From NCBI GenBank assembly GCA_016206925.1, contig JACQQS010000017.1, positions 2,393 to 66,392 on the forward strand: 64,000 nucleotides of DNA, given 5' to 3'. Shown here piece after piece: positions 28,421-37,487 of the stretch. A program made the position numbers and the translations under genes. The stretch comes from Candidatus Omnitrophota bacterium. Lineage in GTDB: Bacteria > Omnitrophota > Omnitrophia > Omnitrophales > JACQQS01. Each line of letters begins with the position of its first letter. The first letter of the stretch is position 1. The notes under the pieces were generated by a model. It saw nothing but the letters and a program-made list of their open reading frames with translations, had not been told where the DNA came from and did no database searches.

Positions 28421-30408
28421 CGCTTATTCCTTTACTTCCCGCTTTGGGTGCGGCCGTCAATGGCCTGTTCGGGCGAAGATACATCAAGGAAAACGCCCAT
28501 TGGGTTGCCGTTGGCGCCTGCGGTCTTTCTTTTCTGGCAGCTGTTTTTACTTTCACAAGCTTTCTACGCGAGCCGCAGAGCTACGAAGTGCGGATGTTTG
28601 AGTGGATTGCTGTAGATCCCTTGCGCATCGAACTGGCGTTCCTCGTTGATCCTCTAAGCATGCTTATGGCCATGGTTGTTACGGGAGTGGGTTTTCTCAT
28701 TCATATCTATTCGATCGGTTACATGCACGGCGACGGCGGATATCACCGCTATTTTGCTTACCTCAATCTTTTCATGACGGCCATGCTTCTTCTGGTCTTG
28801 GCCAACAATTATCTTTTGATGTTTCTCGGCTGGGAGGGCGTTGGGCTTTGTTCATACCTGCTCATTGGATTTTGGTTTCATAAAGATTCTGCCGCCAATG
28901 CCGCAAAGAAAGCTTTCCTCGTAAACCGGATCGGAGACGCCGGATTCATTTTGGCCCTTTTCCTAATTTATGGGCAATGCAAAAGCCTGGTCTTTCATGA
29001 TGTCATGTCCCAGGCACATGCTTTCTCAACCGGCTTGGCCACGGCTATTGGAATTCTCTTATTTGTCGGAGCCATGGGGAAATCGGCCCAGATTCCACTT
29101 TACGTATGGCTGCCGGACGCTATGGAAGGACCTACTTCTGTCTCCGCATTGATTCATGCGGCAACCATGGTCACGGCCGGTGTCTATATGGTGGCTAGAA
29201 ATTCGGCCATCTATGCGCTGGCACCGGCTGCACTTAATTTCATGGCTTCTGTCGGCGCAATTACCGCACTTTTTGCGGCAAGCATTGCCCTGGTTCAAAG
29301 GGACATAAAGAAGGTACTTGCTTATTCGACGGTAAGCCAGCTCGGTTACATGTTTCTCAGCTGCGGTGTGGGCGCTTATGTAAGCGGCATGTTTCATTTA
29401 ATGACACACGCATTCTTCAAAGGCCTTCTTTTCCTCGGATCCGGAAGCGTGATTCACGCGCTCGGCGGCGAACAAGACATGCAGCACATGGGTGGTTTAA
29501 GAAAACATATGCCCATTACCGCAGCAACGTTTACCATCGCAACCCTCGCCATCGCCGGAATTCCGCCGCTTGCCGGCTTCTGGAGCAAGGATGAAATCCT
29601 GGCGGAAACCTTCAAGAACGGGCATAAACTCCTCTGGGGAATCGGTGCATTAACGGCGCTCATGACATCCTTCTACATGTTCCGCCTGCTTTTCCTGACC
29701 TTCTACGGAAAGTCGCGCGTTCACCATGACAAGGAACATCATCTTCATGAATCGCCCCGGACCATTACGATTCCTCTTTCGATACTTGCCTTTCTTTCGA
29801 TTTTTGGCGGCGTCCTGCCCGGCTTCCCTCCCGAACGAGGCTGGATCCACGGTTTTCTTTCTCCGGCGATCTCAAGCGTTCACCATGCGAAGGAAATCCT
29901 GCATGGCGCAGCCGAACACGGCGCGCATGCCCTGTCATTGCTGGACTTGACATTGATGGCTGTTTCTATCGGCGCGGCGCTGATGGGTTTGGCTGCCGCG
30001 TGGTACTTTTATCTCATCCGGCCGGCGCTTCCCGGACAATGGGCTTCCCGATTGAAATCAATTCACACACTCCTATTCAATAAATATTGGGTGGATGAAA
30101 TATATCTCAGTGTATTTGTGCGTCCCCTGCTTAAGCTCTGTAACCGCCTGTGGGATTTTGATCTGCAGGGCATTGATGGAATCGTAAACGGAGCATCACG
30201 CGTTGCCGTAAAAAGCGCTGAAGAGTCGGGCAGATTTGATCTCAAATTTATCGATGGCGTTATAAACGATATCGGAAAACTTTTCGACAAGTGGCACGAC
30301 ATCTTAAGACGGTGGCAAACGGGTTTCGTACAGAATTATGCGCTCGTCATGGTCATCGGTGTATTGGTTCTGGCAACCAGCATGTTTTTCATCCCATATC
30401 ACTTTTGA
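28414..30408 (+). CDS. nuoL: complex I subunit L (copy 2) with a lengthened lateral-helix region
   Basis: [23 protein letters not shown]-terminal [11 protein letters not shown].../[11 protein letters not shown]... 26-aa tandem repeat. Confidence 0.9.
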   Translation: MVALIPLLPALGAAVNGLFGRRYIKENAHWVAVGACGLSFLAAVFTFTSFLREPQSYEVRMFEWIAVDPLRIELAFLVDPLSMLMAMVVTGVGFLIHIYSIGYMHGDGGYHRYFAYLNLFMTAMLLLVLANNYLLMFLGWEGVGLCSYLLIGFWFHKDSAANAAKKAFLVNRIGDAGFILALFLIYGQCKSLVFHDVMSQAHAFSTGLATAIGILLFVGAMGKSAQIPLYVWLPDAMEGPTSVSALIHAATMVTAGVYMVARNSAIYALAPAALNFMASVGAITALFAASIALVQRDIKKVLAYSTVSQLGYMFLSCGVGAYVSGMFHLMTHAFFKGLLFLGSGSVIHALGGEQDMQHMGGLRKHMPITAATFTIATLAIAGIPPLAGFWSKDEILAETFKNGHKLLWGIGALTALMTSFYMFRLLFLTFYGKSRVHHDKEHHLHESPRTITIPLSILAFLSIFGGVLPGFPPERGWIHGFLSPAISSVHHAKEILHGAAEHGAHALSLLDLTLMAVSIGAALMGLAAAWYFYLIRPALPGQWASRLKSIHTLLFNKYWVDEIYLSVFVRPLLKLCNRLWDFDLQGIDGIVNGASRVAVKSAEESGRFDLKFIDGVINDIGKLFDKWHDILRRWQTGFVQNYALVMVIGVLVLATSMFFIPYHF

Positions 30409-30416
30409 AAAATTTA

Positions 30417-30516
30417 AAATTAAAAGTGAAAAATGTAAAAGAAAAAACTAAAGAAATTTATTAAAGCAAAAAAGTTCAAAAAGCTCTTTATCTTTTTACT
30501 TTTTCATTTTTAATTT
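30417..30516. repeat. AT-rich imperfect inverted repeat (about 26-bp arms, 48-nt loop) between nuoL2 and nuoM
   Basis: AAATTAAAAGTGAAAAATGTAAAAGA (30417-30442) versus the reverse complement of TCTTTTTACTTTTTCATTTTTAATTT (30491-30516). One mismatch and two 1-nt indels. Confidence 0.65.
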
Positions 30517-30530
30517 CTAAGAGGATTTTT

Positions 30531-32102
30531 ATGACACATATCTTTGGCACTCCCATTCTCACGCTTTTATGCTTCTTGCCCCTCATCGGAACGCTGGCTA
30601 TCGTGATTTTCACGCGTAAAGATGAGGAGAAAAAAATCAAAAACATCGCGCTGTGGTTCTCGGTGGCGGCTTTTCTCATCTCGCTTTTGATCCTTCCCCG
30701 TTTTCGAACTGACACGGCGGAAATGCAGTTTGTAGAACGAGCCGAATGGATTCCCGCTATCGGGGCAGAATATCTCCTGGGCATCGACGGTATCAGCATT
30801 CTGCTTATCCTGCTGACCACACTTCTAACCGTCATCGCTGTTTTATCTTCATCTACAGCCATTACTGATCGGCTAAAAGAATACTATGGCTCGCTGCTTT
30901 TGCTTGAAACGGGGATGCTCGGAGTATTCATGGCTCTTGATTTCGTTCTCTTTTACGTTTTCTGGGAAGTCATGCTGGTGCCCATGTATTTTCTGATCGG
31001 AATTTGGGGTGGACCCAACCGGCTTTACGCGGCCATCAAATTTTTTCTCTATACGCTCTTCGGGAGCGTTTTGATGCTCCTCGGAATTCTGGCGCTTTAT
31101 TTCCTGAATGCAGATCCGGCATTCGGCAGCGGGGAGCATACATTCAATATGATTACACTTTTTAATGTCCAGCTGCCTTTCCATTTTCAATGCTGGATAT
31201 TTGCCGCGTTCTTTATCGGATTTGCCATCAAGGTCCCTGTCTTCCCGTTTCACACATGGCTGCCGGACGCCCACGTCGAAGCGCCCACCGCGGGAAGCGT
31301 CATCCTCGCCGGCGTTCTGCTAAAAATGGGTACGTACGGCTTCATTCGCGTATGCCTTCCGATGCTGCCCCAGGCATCGGAATTTTTTGCGCCTTTTGTC
31401 GCTGTGTTGGCCATGATCGGCATAGTTTACGGCGCCTTAGTGGCCATGGCGCAAACCGATATCAAAAAATTGGTGGCCTACTCAAGCGTGAGCCATCTTG
31501 GTTTTGTAATGCTCGGGCTTTTTGCCATGAATTCCCAGGGGATAACGGGCGGCGTGCTTCAGATGATCAATCACGGCATATCGACAGGGGCGCTCTTCTT
31601 GCTGGTGGGCATTATTTACGAAAGAAGGCATACGCGGAAAATACAGGAATTCGGCGGCCTAGCGCATGTCATGCCCGTTTATGCGGCGCTCTTTGCCGTC
31701 ACCCTATTCTCATCCATCGGCCTCCCGGGTTTGAACGGATTTGTCGGTGAGTTCCTTATTTTGCTCGGCGCGTTTCAAAAGGAACTCTGGTACGCCGCTG
31801 TGGCTGTTTCCGGAATTGTGCTCGGCGCCGGATATATGCTGTGGCTTTATCAAAGAGTCATGTTTGGAACGGTCACGCATCCCGAAAACAAAATGTTAAA
31901 GGATTGCTCGAGGCGCGAGGTTCTCTACATGGCACCTCTCATCATACTCATGTTGTGGATCGGGATTTACCCGAAACCTTACCTCCGCTTGATTGAATCA
32001 AGCGTTATGGGCACGATTCAATCTCTAAAGCGCCCAAGCGCCGGCCCAGATTTGATGGCTATGGCTTCGCAGACGCCGCCGGAAACTGCGGCACTTATCT
32101 AA
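30531..32102 (+). CDS. nuoM: complex I subunit M (cluster 2)
   Basis: WLPDAHVEAPTAGSVILAGVLLKMGTYGFIR. Strong RBS AAGAGGA. Confidence 0.9.
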   Translation: MTHIFGTPILTLLCFLPLIGTLAIVIFTRKDEEKKIKNIALWFSVAAFLISLLILPRFRTDTAEMQFVERAEWIPAIGAEYLLGIDGISILLILLTTLLTVIAVLSSSTAITDRLKEYYGSLLLLETGMLGVFMALDFVLFYVFWEVMLVPMYFLIGIWGGPNRLYAAIKFFLYTLFGSVLMLLGILALYFLNADPAFGSGEHTFNMITLFNVQLPFHFQCWIFAAFFIGFAIKVPVFPFHTWLPDAHVEAPTAGSVILAGVLLKMGTYGFIRVCLPMLPQASEFFAPFVAVLAMIGIVYGALVAMAQTDIKKLVAYSSVSHLGFVMLGLFAMNSQGITGGVLQMINHGISTGALFLLVGIIYERRHTRKIQEFGGLAHVMPVYAALFAVTLFSSIGLPGLNGFVGEFLILLGAFQKELWYAAVAVSGIVLGAGYMLWLYQRVMFGTVTHPENKMLKDCSRREVLYMAPLIILMLWIGIYPKPYLRLIESSVMGTIQSLKRPSAGPDLMAMASQTPPETAALI

Positions 32103-32105
32103 CTC

Positions 32106-33578
32106 ATGAACCAGACGCTTCCGAATTTTCCGTTGTCCATCCTGTATCCCGAAATGATCTTAACCATTTCGGCATGCGTGCTCATTTTTCTGGCACGCGC
32201 TTTTGCGCGGGCGCATAAACACACGCTCAGCAGCATTGCCTTTTTTTCCGTTATAGCTGCGATGGGCTGCGCGGGAAGTCTTTGGAATTTCCCGAGGTGG
32301 GAGAATTTGATCGAATTCTTTCTGATCGACCGATATGCCATTTTCTTCAAACTGGTGCTTCTGGTCATATGTGCGCTGACTATCCTCATTTCCAAACGGT
32401 TTTTGTCGGATACCGACACGGAGCGCGGCGAGTATTACGGCCTGATTCTACTCGCGACCATCGGTATGATGATCATGGTTTCCGGGGCAGATCTCATCAC
32501 GATTTACCTGGGCCTCGAGACTATGGCCATCGCAAGCTACATTCTCGCCGCGTATTTCCGATCGGACGAACGGTCATCCGAAGCCGGTTTGAAATATTTT
32601 CTTCTGGGTGCGTTCAATTCGGGGATTATCCTCTACGGCATGGCCTTGCTTTACGGCGCAACGGGTACGTTTAACCTGGCCGAAATGCACCGGATCGTAT
32701 CGGGTTTATCCGGACCCGCCGAACTTCGTCTTCTCTATTTTTCATTAATACTTCTCGTAGCGGGATTTGGTTTCAAAATAGCGGCGGTACCTTTTCATAT
32801 GTGGGCTCCCGATGTCTATGAAGGAGCCCCGACGCCTGTCGCGGCATTTCTGTCCGCGGGTTCGAAAACTGCGAGCCTGGCTGTCCTCATCCGGGTCTTC
32901 ACCGTTGCTTTCGGTTTATTTACTGAGCTTTGGCAGCTATGGATTGCCTATATTTCCGGTCTCACGATGCTATTCGGTAATATCGCGGCACTAAGACAAA
33001 CCAACGTTAAAAGAATGCTGGCCTATTCAAGCATCGCGCACGTGGGCTACATGCTCCTTGGCCTGGCCAGCGGAATCGAGATGGGATCTTCCGCCGTTTT
33101 AATGTATGCGTTCGTTTATCTGTTCGCAAATATCGGCCTCTTTGCTTCTCTTATTCTTCTTACCCGGAATGGCGTCCCCAAAGAATCGACCGCTGATTTC
33201 TCGGGTCTTTCGAGAAGACACCCTCTGATTGCATTTGCCGTCACCATATTTCTCTTATCCCTCACGGGTATTCCCCCTACCGCCGGTTTTATCGGAAAAT
33301 TTTATCTTTTCATGGCAGCCGTCAAATCCGGTTACATAAAGCTCGCCGTGGTGGGCGTTCTCGCAAGCGTCATTTCTCTCTTCTATTACATGCGGATTGT
33401 CATGGCCATGTACATGGAAAAACCGGCGGACACCGATGCTGCGGCGCTTCAGCCTTCAACAAGTTTAGGATACGCTTTCTCCATCATGGTCTTTGTCATT
33501 TTGGCTGTAGGAATTTATCCCGGCCCCCTGCTCGATCTTGCACGTGAGTCCCTATCTTCGATAAAGATTTTGAGTTAA
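32106..33578 (+). CDS. nuoN: complex I subunit N (copy 2)
   Basis: HMWAPDVYEGAPTPVAAFLSAGSKTA and MLAYSSIAHVGY. Confidence 0.9.
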   Translation: MNQTLPNFPLSILYPEMILTISACVLIFLARAFARAHKHTLSSIAFFSVIAAMGCAGSLWNFPRWENLIEFFLIDRYAIFFKLVLLVICALTILISKRFLSDTDTERGEYYGLILLATIGMMIMVSGADLITIYLGLETMAIASYILAAYFRSDERSSEAGLKYFLLGAFNSGIILYGMALLYGATGTFNLAEMHRIVSGLSGPAELRLLYFSLILLVAGFGFKIAAVPFHMWAPDVYEGAPTPVAAFLSAGSKTASLAVLIRVFTVAFGLFTELWQLWIAYISGLTMLFGNIAALRQTNVKRMLAYSSIAHVGYMLLGLASGIEMGSSAVLMYAFVYLFANIGLFASLILLTRNGVPKESTADFSGLSRRHPLIAFAVTIFLLSLTGIPPTAGFIGKFYLFMAAVKSGYIKLAVVGVLASVISLFYYMRIVMAMYMEKPADTDAAALQPSTSLGYAFSIMVFVILAVGIYPGPLLDLARESLSSIKILS

Positions 33579-33720
33579 GTTTACAACTTTGTTATATTTT
33601 CAACTGAATTGTCGCTTCGAACTTTTTTGGTTTTAGAATCGCCATCCGATCTCTTCATTTTACTTTGCTTAACCATTTTTGATATAAAGCTTTAGATTGT
33701 TTTCCATAATGGTATTTACC

Positions 33721-33736
33721 TGGCACAAAGGTTGCT
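33721..33736 (+). promoter_or_regulatory. sigma54 (-24/-12) promoter candidate upstream of the porin gene
   Basis: TGGCAC-aaagg-TTGCTT matches TGGCAC-N5-TTGCW exactly. It lies 110 nt upstream of the ATG. An extended -10 TGcTATAAT (33765-33773) also lies downstream. Confidence 0.5.
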
Positions 33737-33845
33737 TAAGCTTCTATTGAATTACAGCTAATAATGCTATAATCCCGGCAAGTTTGTGCTATGAAGTAAT
33801 AATGAAAATAGGGATAGAAAACGGAAAAAAACAAGGAGAGTTCCG

Positions 33846-35126
33846 ATGAGAAGAAATAGTGCGGCGCTGTTACCAATCCTATTAATGGCCGGTTTGATAT
33901 GTACGCCTATGGCTTTCGCGGATGAGGGCCCGGATGATTTAAAGGCTGAGATTAACGCTCTTAAGAATCGTATAAATCAATTGGAAACTAAACTTGCTAC
34001 CGTTCAACCCGCCGCGCAAATTCCAGGCGGACATGTCGGATTGGAGGCAGCAGCACCTTCTTTAGAAGTTCCCAGCCTTGTGCGGGGAATAGGCATTTCT
34101 GGCTACGTAGATACCATGTACACGCATAATTTTAACACGCCGGATTCCATTACCAATGTCGGAAGAGTTTTTGATCGGACCGCAAACGGTTTCAACATGA
34201 ATGCCGCTGAGGTCGTTATCCAAAAACCCGTTTCGGCGGACAGCCGTGCCGGTTTCCGTGCCGATATATTTACGGGTAATGATGCGGAAGTAATCGGATC
34301 GGCAGGACTAGGCCTCGGGACCAATGAATTTGAGATTCAACAAGCGTTCGTGGAACTCCTTGTACCCACCGGCAACCTTGCCTCCTGGATGAACGATATT
34401 GACCTAAAAGCGGGTAGGTATGTCACCATGAACGGCGCCGAAGTGATTGAAAGCAAGGACAATTGGAATACCTCACGCGGTCTTTTATTTGGATACGCCA
34501 TCCCTTTCACACACACCGGTATCCGAAGCACGTACACGTTTGATAACGGGTGGGACATATGTCTCGGCGTTAATAACGGCTGGGATGTTACTGACGATAC
34601 CAATAACGGAAGGACCATTGAGTCACACATTGGCTTAAATAGCATTGAGCTGCCTTGGGATTCTTCCATTACCGTCGGCTATCAGTACTACGGCGGCCCT
34701 GAACGTGCAGCGCAAGATACCGATTGGCGTCACCTACACGATATCGTGGCCATATTGAAGACACCTTGGGAGCCCCTGACGTTAATGTACAACTTGGACT
34801 ACGCTTTTGAGGCAAACCTGATTGGCGATAATGCCAAAGGCGATTGGTGGGGGCATGCCGTTTATGCCAGATATCAGTTCACGGATAAGTGGGCAGCTTC
34901 CGTCCGTGCTGAAGTTCTTAACGATGAGGATGGTGTCCGTGTTGTCGCCGGCACACAAGCCGAGTGGTATGAAATTACCGGTACGTTAGAATATAAGCCG
35001 TGGGAAAACACCATTACCCGTCTTGAATTACGTTCTGATCATGCCGACAAAGATGTGTTTACTGGAAACAACCAGGTGAATGATAACCAGACATCGCTCA
35101 GCAGCGAAATAATGTATCTATTCTAG
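33846..35126 (+). CDS. outer-membrane beta-barrel porin-like protein
   Basis: Signal peptide, short coiled coil (LKAEINALKNRINQLETKL), alternating amphipathic beta-strand pattern rich in Tyr/Gly/Asp/Asn, and a C-terminal aromatic residue (MYLF). Confidence 0.65.
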   Translation: MRRNSAALLPILLMAGLICTPMAFADEGPDDLKAEINALKNRINQLETKLATVQPAAQIPGGHVGLEAAAPSLEVPSLVRGIGISGYVDTMYTHNFNTPDSITNVGRVFDRTANGFNMNAAEVVIQKPVSADSRAGFRADIFTGNDAEVIGSAGLGLGTNEFEIQQAFVELLVPTGNLASWMNDIDLKAGRYVTMNGAEVIESKDNWNTSRGLLFGYAIPFTHTGIRSTYTFDNGWDICLGVNNGWDVTDDTNNGRTIESHIGLNSIELPWDSSITVGYQYYGGPERAAQDTDWRHLHDIVAILKTPWEPLTLMYNLDYAFEANLIGDNAKGDWWGHAVYARYQFTDKWAASVRAEVLNDEDGVRVVAGTQAEWYEITGTLEYKPWENTITRLELRSDHADKDVFTGNNQVNDNQTSLSSEIMYLF

Positions 35127-35248
35127 ATGGGTGAACAACGGCGGCTTGTTATTTTACAGTTAAATTACGTTTGTGAACCGTTTTACGCGATCCTAGGGAC
35201 TTCCCCCTCCCGCAAAAATGTTCGCAGCCGGTAAGAGAAAATCTTTTG

Positions 35249-35285
35249 GCGAGGCAGGCTGCGGGTGTTTCGGATCGCGTAAAAC
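35249..35285. repeat. 37-nt direct repeat, copy A (downstream of orf178)
   Basis: GCGAGGCAGGCTGCGGGTGTTTCGGATCGCGTAAAAC is identical to 35832-35868 except for one T/C difference. Confidence 0.9.
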
Positions 35286-35821
35286 TACTTGCGTAACTGG
35301 CTTTTTACCAGCACATAGGTGTCCGGTCTTTCAGGAATGCGCTTAAGACAAATTCTGTAACGTCTGTCTTTGGGTGCCGCAGATTCAATTCCAAACGTCT
35401 TAAACGGATCCGAAACCGCGATATTCAGCCAGCCTTTTGGTGCAGTTTTTTCCGGGTCTTCAAAATTCAGCGTGGCCACTTTAAGTATGTCTTTATCCTG
35501 AAGGGCCTGCTGGAATTGTTCGAGTTTTGATGGGCCTCCTCTCTTCAGCAGCGTAAACTCACCGAGGATCACCCTGTTTATCTTAAAGAGAACAACTGCT
35601 GCGGGCTTTCCCGACGTTTCAAGCTCTTGTTCAATAGCGTCAACGGTTTCTCCGCTCTCGATGGGTTTCACATAAATCGGCGTTGCGTCCAATACAACAT
35701 CATATTCGCGCATAAACCACGAAGCTTCTGAGATTCCCAAAGAGAATAGAGTTCCACAGGTCAAGAGGGTTATAACTTCAAGGAACGTTAAGCGGTTGAT
35801 AAAATGAAATCTTAATTTCAT
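35285..35821 (-). CDS. membrane-anchored hypothetical protein, last gene of the minus-strand nuo operon
   Basis: 178 aa with an N-terminal hydrophobic anchor. The ATG sits 5 nt after the nuoI stop. No recognisable motif. Bracketed by the 37-nt repeat. Confidence 0.5.
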   Translation of the reverse strand: MKLRFHFINRLTFLEVITLLTCGTLFSLGISEASWFMREYDVVLDATPIYVKPIESGETVDAIEQELETSGKPAAVVLFKINRVILGEFTLLKRGGPSKLEQFQQALQDKDILKVATLNFEDPEKTAPKGWLNIAVSDPFKTFGIESAAPKDRRYRICLKRIPERPDTYVLVKSQLRK

Positions 35822-35826
35822 GGAAA

Positions 35827-36399
35827 TTACTGCGAGGCAGGCTGCGGGCGTTTCGGATCGCGTAAAACGATAGCGCCGTGGTTTTCCGGATTCAGCAGAT
35901 CATCCATCGTCAGATACATTCCCTCACGGCTGTAGGCGGCTATATCCAAGATCTGCGTATCCATTCGAATCGCGTCTTCCGGACAGGCTTCCACGCAAAA
36001 TCCGCAATACACACATATCCCCAAATCAATGTCAAAACGCTTTGGGCGCTTCTCGATGTTCGGATCCGGATGTTCATCAGCAACAATATAAATACAATGC
36101 GCCGGGCAAACCGTTTCGCACATCATACAAGCCACGCAACGGGGAGAGCCGTTACTCCTCTTCGTCAGGCGATGGCGGGATCTAAGCCGCGGAGCAAGGG
36201 GCCGCTTTTCCTCCGGATATTGATAAGTCACGGCGGCGGGAACATCCTTAAACAGGTCAAATTTGTGAAGAATATGCAATGTCAGATTTCTGAAAAAATG
36301 CCAGCCCGTAAGCGCCAAGCCCTGAAAAATGGCGGGAAAATAAATCCTGACCATGAACGACATGTTGGGCTGTTTCACTACTTTCGTTGTGACCGGCAT
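35827..36399 (-). CDS. nuoI: complex I subunit I (copy 2)
   Basis: CVACMMCETVCP and CVYCGFCVEACP. Confidence 0.9.
   Translation of the reverse strand: MPVTTKVVKQPNMSFMVRIYFPAIFQGLALTGWHFFRNLTLHILHKFDLFKDVPAAVTYQYPEEKRPLAPRLRSRHRLTKRSNGSPRCVACMMCETVCPAHCIYIVADEHPDPNIEKRPKRFDIDLGICVYCGFCVEACPEDAIRMDTQILDIAAYSREGMYLTMDDLLNPENHGAIVLRDPKRPQPASQ
35832..35868. repeat. 37-nt direct repeat, copy B (the 3' coding end of nuoI copy 2)
   Basis: GCGAGGCAGGCTGCGGGCGTTTCGGATCGCGTAAAAC encodes the nuoI C-terminus ...VLRDPKRPQPAS. Confidence 0.9.
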
Positions 36400-36401
36400 A
36401 G

Positions 36402-37487
36402 TTAATTTCCTACCATGACCAAAATCACCGCTGTTGCCAGGAGATTCGCTAGAGAAAGCGGCAGCATCATTTTCCAGCCCACTTTCATAAGCTGGTCATA
36501 ACGAAACCGCGGGAGCGTCCATCGAATGAGCATGAAAAACCAGCAGAAAGCCAGAACTTTTGCGGTAAACGACCCAATCTGCATCAGAGTAACCAAAAGA
36601 TGCGGCAAGCCCAAAACAAGCGTGCCTCCCCAATGGAAACCGCCCGATCTCAGGAACGGAACCTGCCAACCGCCAAAAAAAAGCGCTGTAGACATGCACG
36701 CCAAGAGGATCGTCTCCACATAATCCGTGAAGAAATACATGCCGAACTTCATGCCGCTATATTCCGTAAAGTAGCCGATGATTTCCGACTCGGCTTCCGG
36801 AATATCGTAGGGAATGCGTTTTGTTTCTGCGATTCCGGCCGCCAAAAAGAGCAAAAATCCGAGCGGCTGCATGAACACGCCCCAGGCAGGCAGGAAGCCA
36901 AATAAAAGCCGGCCCTGCCACCGGATCATTTCCTGCAGATTCAAAGTGCCGTAGATCATCACCAATCCCATAATGGTAAGCCCGAGAGTAACTTCGTAAG
37001 AAATCATCTGTGCTGAAGCACGGAGGCCGCCGAGGAAAGCGTAATTGTTGTTGGACGAATAACCCGCCAATACGACACCGTAGACAACCATGGAAAGCAT
37101 GGCCAATATGTAAAGCACGCCTATATTCAAATTGGCCGGCTGAAGCCCGATTTCCATGTCGCCAATGCGCAGCACGTCACCAAAGGGAATGGCAGCGAAT
37201 GTAATGAGCGCAAAAACCATGGACAGGAATGGCGCTAATGTATGAAGCACGCGGTGTCCGGAAGGCGGAACAAAGTCTTCCTTAAAAAACATCTTGATGG
37301 CATCCGCCAAAGGATGGAATAGCCCCAATAATCGAAACGGACCGATATGGGCCCTATTCGCCCCGATGCGGTCCTGCATCACAGCGCTCTGCTTTCGTTC
37401 AAGCCAGGTGTGAAGCGCGGCAAGATTAATCACATTAAAGATCATGATGCCGGAGAGTATCGTCGAGCTGATCACATGTTCTAACAT
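36402..37487 (-). CDS. nuoH: complex I subunit H (copy 2)
   Basis: WLERKQSAVMQDRIGANR and KRIPYDIPEAESEIIGYFTEYSG. Confidence 0.9.
   Translation of the reverse strand: MLEHVISSTILSGIMIFNVINLAALHTWLERKQSAVMQDRIGANRAHIGPFRLLGLFHPLADAIKMFFKEDFVPPSGHRVLHTLAPFLSMVFALITFAAIPFGDVLRIGDMEIGLQPANLNIGVLYILAMLSMVVYGVVLAGYSSNNNYAFLGGLRASAQMISYEVTLGLTIMGLVMIYGTLNLQEMIRWQGRLLFGFLPAWGVFMQPLGFLLFLAAGIAETKRIPYDIPEAESEIIGYFTEYSGMKFGMYFFTDYVETILLACMSTALFFGGWQVPFLRSGGFHWGGTLVLGLPHLLVTLMQIGSFTAKVLAFCWFFMLIRWTLPRFRYDQLMKVGWKMMLPLSLANLLATAVILVMVGN

Noticed and set aside
32190-32210. TGGCAC...TTTGC motif inside nuoN2, considered as a second sigma54 promoter
   Set aside because: The spacing is off by one and it lies within the coding sequence of a tightly packed operon.
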